A stretch of 64,000 bases of DNA from Antedon mediterranea (taxonomy: Eukaryota; Animalia; Echinodermata), in assembly GCF_964355755.1 (NCBI RefSeq), contig NC_092680.1:124001-188000 (forward strand), in the 5' to 3' direction. The translations under genes and the position numbers were made by a program. The notes below the pieces were generated by a model. It had not been told where the DNA came from and ran no database searches. It saw only the letters and a list, made by a program, of their open reading frames with translations. Positions 26,724-38,729 of the stretch are shown here, in pieces (positions within the stretch are counted from its first letter, which is position 1; each line of letters begins with the position of its first letter).

Positions 26724-29492
26724 TATGTTTTGAAGAAGTTGAAACTGAATGATAGTTGGTGCTAATTGGTATATTTGAACAAAACTATTAAATAGTATGT
26801 AATGCTTAATCTTGTTGCTTAAGTTGAAATGAATGATGTTTTAACATTTTCAAACCTGTTATTACATACACAATTTTATTAGACATATTTATTGAATATG
26901 AACAATATATTTTTTTGTGAAATGAAGTATTTAACAACCAGATGTTCAAAATCTAAATTTATATATTATATAAAATTATATAATGATATTTAATGTTTGT
27001 TTTTGTCATTATCTATTTTATAATAATGTATTACATTGAATTTAGTATCATTAAAGAAATGTAACTATTAAATATAAAATTGATATTACTATGGATTTTC
27101 ATATGACCTGTATGTATCCAATAAAATTGATATGACTATGGATTTTCATATGACCTGTATAACCTGTATGACCTGTATGTATCCAATCATGTAGAAAGAA
27201 AAAGCAAATTATAATTTTTAATGATATATTTAAGACCCAAATTTTATAGTTTCATAATAGTTATGTTGTGTAGCATTGTTGTTAGACAATGTGTTCACCT
27301 AATATTGTACAGTACAGATACAGTACATCATTTTATTTATTACACATCCTATGCTTGACTCATCATCAATCAAAAAAAAATATCATACTGATTTAAAGAT
27401 AAATGAAAATAAAAACAAATGAATGTTTGGTCTAATAAAGGGACAATTCTTGTAAATTGCTCAAATTTGTACCCAAAAGAAAAAAATAGTTTTCTCTTGT
27501 TTTTTTTGTTGTAAATACTAACATAGCAATAGAAGTATTAGTTTTAAGAAAAGTGATTTTTGGGGATTGTAACAAAATAAAATAACTTTTTAAAGTAACA
27601 TGTTTGTAATAATTCATAACATTTCAATGAATTTTATTGTACAAAATTCCTTTAAATCGTTGTTTTGTCCGCTTTTATGCTATTTTTAGAAGTGTGTATA
27701 CTACAATTTTATTTATTTTTTTTATTATTATTGTGTAAAATAAAATGTTTGTGATGTTGCTTTTGTAATAAAATGTAACATTTATGTTTTATGGCAGCTC
27801 TGATGCTTATGAAAGTGCTGGTAACATTTTTAAATAGGCTTCTTTTTCTGTGTAAACCTAAAATAACATGTAAGGGAGGGTAGAATGACCATGTGTACAT
27901 CATGTACAAGCTCAATTTCATTTAATTTTACTTGTATATTAAATATAGGCATATACTGTATGAGGCCTAGTAAAAACACATTTGTTTTGTGTAGTGTAAA
28001 GGCCTATTTGGAATAATAACGATCGACGTATGCATTTTTCCTACATAAAACAAAAAGAAATCGAAAAATCATTTATACATCCAATCAAATGACGTCATGA
28101 TTAGTAAGAGAAATAATATTGTGACAATGCAATGATTGTATTGTTCTTATTGATCATGATGACATAATAGCATAACAATTACCATAGGAAAATGTAGGAG
28201 AATTATGAGCACCACCAGATTTGGAGAGAGATAGTGGTTACAGTAAAAAATACCAGACCAGCTAGAAAAACAACAAAAAATGTATATTTTCACACCAGTT
28301 GTACCATGTATGTCCGTTTCTATCATGGTTTTGTTGGGAAAAGTAACATAATGATTGATAGTGGAATAAGAGGGTCCATCCACTATCCCCTATAGGCTGC
28401 CTCTCCGAACACGATTAATTTGTAAACATTTTTTTTTCTTATTTTAGTGCAGGCAACCTTCTTTTGTAAGTGTAATTCATAGATATTTTTGTTGCATGTT
28501 TTCACTAAGTGCTAATAAAAACGCTGATGTATAAATGGTTCAATGTAATGTTTTGACTATAGACCAGATGTTATTTACTTCAACTTTACCGAATAAAATG
28601 CATTTTTTGGTTATAATGAATTTTGAGGCTCCATTTGTTTTCTATAGTTTTATTTATGTAAGAGATGCACAATTAATGACTTGAATTTTGGGTGCATTAA
28701 AGAACAACATAAAGCTGAATGCTGATTTATAAATGGTTTACTTTAATATTGAAATACTAAGCCCTCGATTTCATTCCAAGTTGATTTCTTATTTTTTTTA
28801 AAAAACTGTGAATTCTCTTGACTTAAAGAATGCGTACTTGATTATGCAGTACTCTTAAGAAGTATCGTGATAGTAAGTAAGATACTGTGGCGGAGTGGCC
28901 TAATAAACATAATTATTTATAATGGTTTTTATTTTCCAAATAATGAATATCATTATTTAATGATGTCAGTATTTATTAATATAATTATTAAATGATCCAG
29001 ATAACAATTATACGCCTTTCAACTTCTAGTCTAGTAAAAATATAAATATTTTTACACATATGGCGTTTCATACTTGTATTACTTTAGTTTTGATTTTCAG
29101 ACAAAAATCGCTGTCGAAATAAAAACAAATAAATAAAAAAATAAGACAATACAGACTTGGGGCAAGTCTATTGAACTTCCTATATAATATAAATAATTTA
29201 GGTACAGAACAATAAATTTACACTTGGCGCCTCATAGTATTACAGTATGTTGGTCTGTTGGTCACATCACTGCAGCTGCTACTGCTGCTAGATAAACCCT
29301 TCATTGTACTCTAGGCCTAGGCTAGGCTCTAAAGATCGAAAACATTGTAAATATATATTTTTGTAGCGTCCTTGTTTGATGGTTAATAATGAAAAATTCA
29401 GATTTTTGTATATAACACCTGTAGTGTTATCTTTCTTCAATGTCGTAGGCTTAGGCCTAGGCCTAACTCGACCCAACAAAGCAAGTTGGAAA

Positions 29493-32400
29493 ATGGACAG
29501 CAGGGCTTTACACATCCGGAGCCCGCTTGCTCGAATGATGTTCACCAAGCACATACAAGGTTGCTTTGAAAGAAGTAAAGTTGAAAGCTACGCTCACAAA
29601 GTAAGTTGATTGACTTACTACTCAATTTGAATATATATATATATAGTCTTAGTACCTCTAACTAGCCTGGCCCTAGATGATGATCACGTAACTAAACTAG
29701 CCTAGCTAGGCTAGGCCTAGCTAGTAGTAGTAGTAGGCCTAGCCTACTAGCTAGGCCTATACTATTACTAATAGGCCTAGCTAGGCTAGGCTTACATTAC
29801 AATTTGACCAACCAAGCAAGCATTTTTGATAGAAATGTGTTAGGCCTAGTCCTACTGTATTTTGTATCACTTCTTGATAATGATATAATATTGTGTTTTT
29901 GATTAGCCTACATCCAAAACAAATACCTCCCTCGAATAAACGCCTTCCTTGAATAAATATGTTATGGTACTTTATTTTTTTTTTAAACATGTCTAAGAAG
30001 GAGTCGGCCAGTTTGTCGACACAGATTTCAACGCAACTAGTGATCTTTCGAACCAATTCAACTCAAAGTAACATTTTATACTTAAAAAAATATTAATAAT
30101 ATAATATTAAAATGAGAATCTTTAACATCATCTATAAATTTGGTATATTTTCATTATTATTAAATACTTTCTGCAGTGGTATGAAAGCAATGACGAACTA
30201 TTGAGTGATGAAATCAGGTCATTTTTTATTAAGTCTAACAAAGACGAAGAAACAGACAAGTTTTTGGACAGTTGTTATGAAAAATCAGACTGGATATTTA
30301 CTCAGCTATCAAAGGGCATTGCTAAAGCATTTTTAAGTTTTTTCATCTCTCAAACCACAATCAATGGGTAGGTATTTATTGTATAGCACATCATCTCTCA
30401 AACCACAATCAATGGGTAGGTATTTATTGTATAGCACATCATCTCTCAAACCACAATCAATGGGTAGGTATTTATTGTATAGCACATCATCTCTCAAACC
30501 ACAATCAATGGGTAGGTATTTATTGTATTGCACATCATCTCTCAAACCACAATCAATGGGTAGGTATTTATTGTATAGCACATCATCTCTCAAACCACAA
30601 TCAATGGGTAGGTATTTATTGTACAGCACATCATCTCTCAAACCACAATCAATGGGTAGGTATTTATTGTATAGCACATCATCTCTCAAACCACAATCAA
30701 TGGGTAGGTATTTATTGTATTGCACATCATCTCTCAAACCACAATCAATGGGTAGGTATTTATTGTATAGCACATCATCTCTCAAACCACAATCAATGGG
30801 TAGGTATTTATTGTATAGCACATCATCTCTCAAACCACAATCAATGGGTAGGTATTTATTGTATAGCACATCATCTCTCAAACCACAATAAATGGGTTTT
30901 GTAAACTACTCAAGTTTACAAAAAAGAAACATATAAATCTTGATAATCTAAGATGAAATACTTTGCCACTACCATAACAATATTCTAAAAAATATCCATA
31001 TTTAATGGCACCTTATTATACTGTATACCATATTTAATGGCACCTTATTATACTGTATACCATATTTAATGGCACCTTATTATACTGTATACCATATTTA
31101 ATGGCACCTTATTATACTGTATACCATATTTAATGGCACCTTATTATACTGTATACCATATTTAATGGCACCTTATTATACTGTATACCATATATAATGG
31201 CACCTTATTATACTGTATACCATATTTAATGGCACCTTATTATACTGTATACCATATTTAATGGCACCTTATTATACTGTATACCATATTTAATGGCACC
31301 TTATTATACTGTATACCATATTTAATGGCACCTTATTATACTGTATACCATATTTAATGGCACCTTATTATACTGTATACCATATTTAATGGCACCTTAT
31401 TATACTGTATACCATATTTAATGGCACCTTATTATACTGTATACCATATTTAATGGCACCTTATTATACTGTATACCATATTTAATGGCACCTTATTATA
31501 CTGTATACCATATTTAATGGCACCTTATTATACTGTATACCATATTTAATGGCACCTTATTATACTGTATACCATATTTAATGGCACCTTATTATACTGT
31601 ATACCATATTTAATGGCACCTTATTATACTGTATACCATATTTAATGGCACCTTATTATACTGTATACCATATTGTAAGAGTTATATGTGATTCAATATT
31701 AAATTTATTATTTTCTATAGGTTGTTACAGAGAGGTTCAATGTTTGTTTGTTCATCGGAACAGTTTCGTACTTTAGCTTCAATAGATGTAAATTGGAAAG
31801 GTAGAAGTATGCTTGATTTAGGTGCAGGGGACGGTATGGTAACACAATACTTTGCACCTCATTTTGAAGAAGTTTACGTAACTGAAATGTCAACCACAAT
31901 GCAATGGCGTCTACAGGAAAAAGGTTTCAAGTAAGTCATTTGGTAGGCCTAGAGAGGGCGGCAAACACAGTAGTTAAAACCAGGAAGTCGCAAAGTGATT
32001 ACCTTAACCTTGAAATCACTTCTACCGCGGACTGTCCGAAATCAGAAATTTTGTTTTGAAACTTTTTATAATCTCCCGAAGAGAGAAATATAGAACAATA
32101 TTGTAATGATGAACACAAATGTTACTCAATCTATGTTTTGTGGAACAGATAGGGTAGGCATCCAAGGAGGAGATCCATACAAAAGTTTTGCATTGTGTAT
32201 ACCTATTTTAGAATTAAGCATAATTTATATATAGATGACCAGGATTGTGGTCCTACGAAACATTAAGCATAATTTAGATGACCAGGATTGTGGTCCTACG
32301 AAACATTAAGCATAATTTAGATGACCAGGATTGTGGTCCTACGAAACATTAAGCATAATTTAGATGACCAGGATTGTGGTCCTGCGAAACATTAAGCATA

Positions 32401-34288
32401 ATTTAGATGACCAGGATTGTGGTCCTACGAAACATTAAGCATAATTTAGATGACCAGGATTGTGGTCCTACGAAACATTAAGCATAATTTAGATGACCAG
32501 GATTGTGGTCCTACGAAACATTAAGCATAATTTAGATGACCAGGATTGTGGTCCTACAAAACATTAAGCATAATTTAGATGACCAGGATTGTGGTCCTAC
32601 GAAACATTAAGCATAATTTAGATGACCAGGATTGTGGTCCTACGAAACATTAAGCATAATTTAGATGACCAGGATTGTGGTCCTACGAAACATTAAGCAT
32701 AATTTAGATGACCAGGATAGTGGTCCTACGAAACATTAAGCATAATTTAGATGACCAGGATTGTGGTCCTACGAAACATTAAGCATAATTTAGATGACCA
32801 GGATTGTGGTCCTACGAAACATTAAGCATAATTTAGATGACCAGGATTGTGGTCCTACGAAACATTAAGCATAATTTAGATGACCAGGATTGTGGTCCTA
32901 CGAAACATTAAGCATAATTTAGATGACCAGAATTGTGGTCCTACGAAACATTAAGCATAATTTAGATGACCAGGATTGTGGTCCTACGAAACATTAAGCA
33001 TAATTTAGATGACCAGGATTGTGGTCCTGCGAAACACCAGCCTACTAGAATAACAAATCATATAACCGTGGAAAATACTATTTTGTTGTTTATCAGGTTA
33101 AATATATTTGTATATTTTACTTTGAGCATGTATTTTTAGAGATAAGGATATACAATGCTAGAAATTTAATTCTTAGATCATCGCACCTTTTAATATCAGT
33201 TTTATTTTATCTGACTTGCGACTGTTTAATTCTTAGATCGCACCTTTTAATATCAGTTTTATTTTATCTGACTTGCGACTGTTTAATTCTTAGATCATCG
33301 CACCTTTTAATATCAGTTTTATTTTATCTGACTTGCAACTGTTTAATTCTTAGATCGCACCTTTTAATATCAGTTTTATTTTATCTGACTTGCGACTGTT
33401 TAATTCTTAGATCATCGCACCTTTTAATATCAGTTTTATTTTATCTGACTTGCGACTGTTTAGAATTATAGGTGTTGAAGATTGGACAAATGGTACTTAT
33501 GATATGATTAGCTGCTTGAATTTGATAGACAGATGTGATAAACCAATAACATTACTTCAGGATATCAGAAAAGCATTAAACCCAGACGGCATTGCAATTA
33601 TTGCTGTTGTTATCCCTTACAAGCCATTTGTTGAATTTGGTAAGTCCTTTTTAAGAAGATTACAGTAAACAGACATTTAGTATCGTGAACGGTATTGTGG
33701 GTGTTTTTCCTACTCTACAGGTTTATAATCAACCGCTAATTACATGACAATATCTATTGAATGTCATCTTGTAGTATCCAGTTGTATTGTGCTTTATATA
33801 CAATGGGTAACTCTTTATTCCTAATTAAGTTAGATGATTAAAAGTTACTGAAATTAATAAATTTTGCAAAAATTATTAAATTTTACATGTTGTATATTAA
33901 CTCAAAGCGGTTTAATGGACATGCTAAAAAGAAACAATATTAAAGTACCATATGGCTTATTTGAAAATGATATACTCATTCGTCGATGACAAGTATAGTC
34001 AAATAAAGCGTTCACACAAAATTTTGACAAGGCATCTATGCATATTCATTTTTGAATGTGAACTTTTCACTTTTATTATTTTCAGGGTCTTCACAAAATG
34101 TGCCATCAGAGCACATTGAAGTGAAAGGAAACACTTGGGAAGAGCAGGCTGAAAGTTTTGTCGTAGACTACTTTATTCCTGCGGGTTTTAAACTCCGTTC
34201 ATTTACTCGCTTGCCATATCTATGTGAGGGCGACATTCATAATCCGTTTTATGTGCTGATAGATGCTTTATTTGTGCTTGAATCATGA
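29493..34288 (+). CDS. METTL9: Protein-L-histidine N-pros-methyltransferase METTL9 (DREV1), 5 exons
   Basis: Exons 29493-29600, 30177-30367, 31721-31930, 33464-33639, 34086-34288 (TGA). Motifs: HIRSPLAR, WYES, TINGLLQRGSMFV, LDLGAGDG (SAM motif I), YDMISCLNLIDRCDKP, FTRLPYLCEGDIHNPFYVLIDALFVL. An in-frame upstream ATG at 29379 is a possible alternative start. Confidence 0.95.
30343..30897. repeat. 48-bp tandem array (~11.5 units) spanning the METTL9 exon 2 end and donor
   Basis: Unit TCATCTCTCAAACCACAATCAATGG|GTAGGTATTTATTGTATAGCACA. Confidence 0.96.
30996..31674. repeat. 32-bp tandem array (~21 units)
   Basis: CCATATTTAATGGCACCTTATTATACTGTATA units. Confidence 0.96.
32214..33036. repeat. 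43-bp tandem array (~19 units)
   Basis: AACATTAAGCATAATTTAGATGACCAGGATTGTGGTCCTACGA units. Confidence 0.96.
33165..33462. repeat. Alternating 57/60-bp tandem array ending at the METTL9 exon 4 acceptor
   Basis: CACCTTTT at 33184, 33241, 33301, 33358, 33418. Confidence 0.93.
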
Positions 34289-35008
34289 AATGTTGACAGT
34301 GGACATATTCAAGTGAAAACAAGTTGTATATTAGGACACTCCTATTCAGGGGACCTTATTCTGGTTTTTTTATACTTTATTTATACCTTTACCTATATTT
34401 CAGTCAGTTTTATCATGGTGAAGCGTGATGAAATCATTACAAATTGGCGACTTGGGTATACATTGTAATCTTCCTGTGTTTTTGCATGCTGTATTTAAAT
34501 ATGCAAACAACAAACAACCCATTTATATTGAAAATAATTTGACATTTCCTTCTGTATTGTACACCATGAAATTGTCTTTATTTACTTCCAAATTTCGTCT
34601 TAAACATTTTCTATGAAATAATGCAATTTCATCTAATATAGTAATTGTACATAGTAATACTAAATAGATAATATACTAATTGTATCAATGTTCAATTATT
34701 GAAAGCAATTTTAAATAAAGATGTAGATAAATTGTTAGGCCTAGGGCATTTCTAAATAATAGAACCTGACCATGTGGTCAGTTTGGTCAAGATGACAACT
34801 CCTGACCACAGTGGAATTTAGGTCCAACATTAAATGTGTAGTGGTCTACTATAAGTGCTTTAAATCACCATGTGATTATAAACTTATTTAAATTCCTAGC
34901 CCTACTAAATGTTGATTATAAAAACGTGAATAGACTAATATGAGAAATATTATCAATGTTTATAACAATAAAAGTGACATTCTTTTATAGATTTATGATA
35001 TATCTGTA

Positions 35009-37073
35009 TTACCATTTCAAGTCATAGAGTGCAAAATGCATAGTTATTGCCATGTTACCTACGCTATGTTCATCATAAGATCCAAGCGCATAACACACCA
35101 TAACTGAACTTGAAAAGGGTTGAATCTGGAGCGATGTACAACCGTCAAACGAGAGACAGAACTGCAAACATCGTGTTTTACTTCCAGTTAGCAGCTCACC
35201 AATTTTCAATACATTTATGTTTTCGGCAGTCAGACAATTGTGTGGACCTTTCTCTGAAATTATTGCAATGTGTGTACGATCTTGGTCTACACAAGAAAAA
35301 CGAAGTGAATTGGAATGTGAAAGTTATATAAATTAGATTTACATCTTTCTGTTTCAATCTAAATGATTGCATACAGTTATTGCTTGTAATGAGAAAGACA
35401 AGTTGATAGTGTATTCCTCATCTTCCTATGGGCCTACTCAAACTCAGCACTAAAACAGTTCAGAATATCAACATAATTATTTAGTTATTTGTTGAACAGA
35501 GTCCGCCTTCGATTGAACATGGGAATATCGTGACACAACAATCTTTTTCATTGATATCAGCATTGTGTTAGTTTATACCAATTTATTCAAGTTGTAGATA
35601 TAAATAATAACAGTTTTCAAAAGCATTAGCATTCTGTTTCTTCGAATAAGCGTTCTGTTCTCAAAGGCGGCAGTCGTACAGTACTAACTTACCTTTTTCA
35701 CATAAAAACGGACGTTTTTCCGTGGAACAATGTTGATCATTCCAATGACCCTCTGAATCAAATCTCATTTCAACGCAATCTTCACCTCCGCTATTATCTG
35801 GTTGATTTATGTTCCAATCTCAGAAAAAATTATTTAAAAAAAGAGATAAATATCCGTTTCCTTCACATAGACACAGTCGTTTAACATCATTAAAATTAAA
35901 CATAAAACAACATTGACGTCATTTTATTAGAGTCCTTCATTGACTGTTCAGAATCTATATATATATATAAATCTACGTAAGGGCAAAATTCGGTAAATCG
36001 CGCTAAAATTATTAAAACAACTAAACAACTGAAACAATTATCTTATTACTTCACTACCTGATCATGAAATTGTTGTCGAAGCTAATGTTAGATAAGTAGG
36101 AAGAAAAACAGAAATCGTCCTTACTGACAAACACTACTGGTTCAGTGCTTATCCACTCGAATGTCTTTTCAATATTGATGTCATTCAGACCAATCCATAT
36201 CCATTATCTCTACAGTCGTCTTTTTCAAGATTACGATAAATAAACTTCTGTTCATCTGCTGAAGTTATAGAAACTAACCCTGCTTCCTCCGCCTCACACT
36301 TTTTCTTTGCGTTGTGCCAATTACACGTTTCACTGAAGTATTTGTAGCAACTTCCTTCGAATAAACTCCATGAAGCTGGACAGTAGCCTGTTCAGGGAAA
36401 CAATGAAAATACCTAATTATACTGCACAAATACATGAAGTATGATGTTGTATAGTATGTCAATGTGCTTATAGGTACTTATGTTAAAAATAAACCTAAAA
36501 GATAAACAGAATGGGTTTTGTTGAACTAATTGCTCTGGTACTCTTAAAAAAAAAAGGAATTCTCTACTTCACAAAATATCATAACATTAACAATTTGTGG
36601 AGCACTTTTTCAAAGAGCTTCATAAAAATCTCTTTAAAGTTAAAATATTATTACAGGTACTTGTTGAAAATTATCAATTGTGACCGTAATAGGCTACACC
36701 ACAGCGAAACACAGACATACCTAAGCTTAGTAAGTAACCTAAGAACGGGGATGTCTTTAATCTTGACATGTAGGCCTACTTTGCGAACATTGATTGCATT
36801 ACTCGTTTTTATTTCAATTCGAGATGGTAGTTTATCCATACAAATATTCAGTCACTTTAACTCTCTTTTGACCTCTCTATCACATGTTGAAACACATTAT
36901 TTATTGGAATAATATCATCATATCTTTCATAATTACACTAGAATAGATTAGGTTGCAAAGGCTTTCGAATCCACAGTAATAAGCAATGAATACTTACCGG
37001 CTTTACCAACTGGCAATATTTGGAGAAAACTAATCGTTGAAAAAACAATCAGAACATTGATGAAAAATTTCAT
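35009..37073 (-). pseudogene. Secreted C-type lectin + C-terminal PAN/apple-like domain gene with one frameshift (young pseudogene, null allele or assembly indel)
   Basis: Minus-strand exons: 37073-36998 (signal peptide MKFFINVLIVFSTISFLQILPVGKA); 36387-36125 (YCPASWSLFEGSCYKYF..W..AKKKC..LVSITS..WIGLND..FEW); 35818-35693 (WNINQPDNSGGEDCVEM..WNDQHC..RPFLCEK); 35286-35009 (SKTRCLQFCLSFDGCTSL..C, PAN-like Cys spacing, TAA). Exon 2 is 263 nt where a multiple of 3 is required; the frame shifts near 36200. Confidence 0.85.
35954..36003 (+). mobile_element. 5' stub of the same Helitron family
   Basis: TCTATATA..AAATCTACGTAAGGGCAAAATTCGGTAAATCGCGC matches 452-495. It is absent at the equivalent site of the paralogous intron (38358 GAATCTACTAAAATT). 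Confidence 0.75.
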
Positions 37074-37077
37074 TATG

Positions 37078-37434
37078 AACGTCTTTCAGGTCTTGATCTG
37101 AACCCTGCTAAACTTCACGTCTTTCGGGATGATAAGTCTTGATCTGAAACCTGCTAAACTTAACGTCTTTCAGGATGACAAGTCTTAATCTGAACACTGC
37201 TAAATTTAACGTCTTTCAGGATGACAAGTCTTGATCTGAACCCTGCTAAACTTAACGTCTTTCAGGATGACAAGTCTTGATCTGAACCATGCTAAACTTC
37301 ACTCCTTTCAGGATGACAAGTCTTGATCTGAACCCTGCTAAACTTAACGTCTTTCAGGATGACAAGTCTTGATCTGAACCCTGCTAAACTTAACGTCTTT
37401 CAGGATGACAAGTCTTGATCTGAACCTTGCTAAA
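37078..37434. repeat. 46-bp tandem array (~8 units) just upstream of the lectin ATG
   Basis: AAACTTAACGTCTTTCAGGATGACAAGTCTTGATCTGAACCCTGCT units. Confidence 0.93.
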
Positions 37435-38093
37435 GTATTGAAATTATTACTTAATTCTTAATTAATTTCTTTTTTGAGAATTATGTATCAATATCTAACT
37501 ATTTTTTAAGTGTCAATAATTCTTAATTAATTTCATTTTTAAGAGGATGTTGATACACCGAAATATGAAGTATTATAGCATGATATCAATATATTCAATA
37601 TTAATAGGCTATTGTTCCTCGATACTTTATCTCTGTCCACGTAAAGTATACGGCAGAGGATGAAAGAGTCTAAAACACCTAGAATATACATAAAACGAAA
37701 CAATCATAAACAACGCTCGGTAAAAGATAAAATTCACAAAGAGCAACTTTCGCGTTTAAAAAAACATACGCAACTATTACTTACCGTACTCTTTTAGTTT
37801 GCAAAAGCAATCTCGAAAAGAAGCCCATTTGGAAAAGAAGCCTATCCGTTGAACAGAAGCCCACCTATGAGTACTAAAATTGAAGGTGCACGTGGGCTTC
37901 TTTTCGTGGTTTTATAGTAGTCTATTGAATTAAAAAATGAATGCCATACAACAATATCTCTCTTTAAAAAGAAAAACAATATTCATTTTCCATCAAACAA
38001 ACAAAATATCCGTAGGGGTTCAAACAATTTTCAAAAGCATTAGCATTCTGTTTCTTCAAATGAGCGTCCTGTTCTCGTACATTACGAACTTAC

Positions 38094-38729
38094 CTTTTTC
38101 ACACAAAAACGGACGTTTCGAGGAACATTCTTTACTATTCCAATAACCCTCTGAATTGCATGTCATTTCAACGCAATCTTCATTGCCTTTACTTGGTTCA
38201 CCTTGGCGCCAATCTCAGAAAAAATAATTTTTAAAAAGAGATAAATAACCGTTCCCTTCACATATAGAACCAGTCGTTTAACAGCATTGAAAAATGAACA
38301 TTAAACAACATTTTCGGGTAGACGTCATTTTATTAGAGTCCTCCACTGAATGTCAAGAATCTACTAAAATTATTTAAACAACTAAAACAATTATCTTATT
38401 ACTTCACCGATCATAAAAATTGTTGTCGAAGCTAATGTTAGATAAGTAGGAAGAATAACAGAAATCGTCCTTACTGAAATACACTACTGGTTCAGTGCTT
38501 ATCCACTAGAATTCCATTTTGATATCTCAATGTCATTCAGACCAATCCATGTTTTACTACAGTCGTCTCCTTCAAGATTAGGATAAATAAACTTCATCTG
38601 CTGAAGTTATATAAACTAACCCTGCTTCCTCCGCCTTACACTTTTCCTTTGCTTGGTGCCAAGTACGCGTTTCACTGAAATATTTGTAGCAGCTTCCTTC
38701 GAATAAACTACACGAAGTTGGACATCCAC
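38094..38729 (-). pseudogene. Decayed tandem paralog of the C-type lectin gene (two CTLD exons)
   Basis: Exons 38729-38475 and 38213-38094 plus the intervening intron align with 35610-36387. There is a 5-nt deletion near 38592 relative to the other copy and an in-frame TAG (TTC TAG TGG vs TTC GAG TGG). EPS/WNS replace QPD/WND. No PAN exon was found downstream. Confidence 0.85.

Noticed and set aside
30333-30891. 175/182-aa repetitive ORFs on both strands
   Set aside because: Products of the 48-bp array; the real METTL9 frame stops in the first unit.
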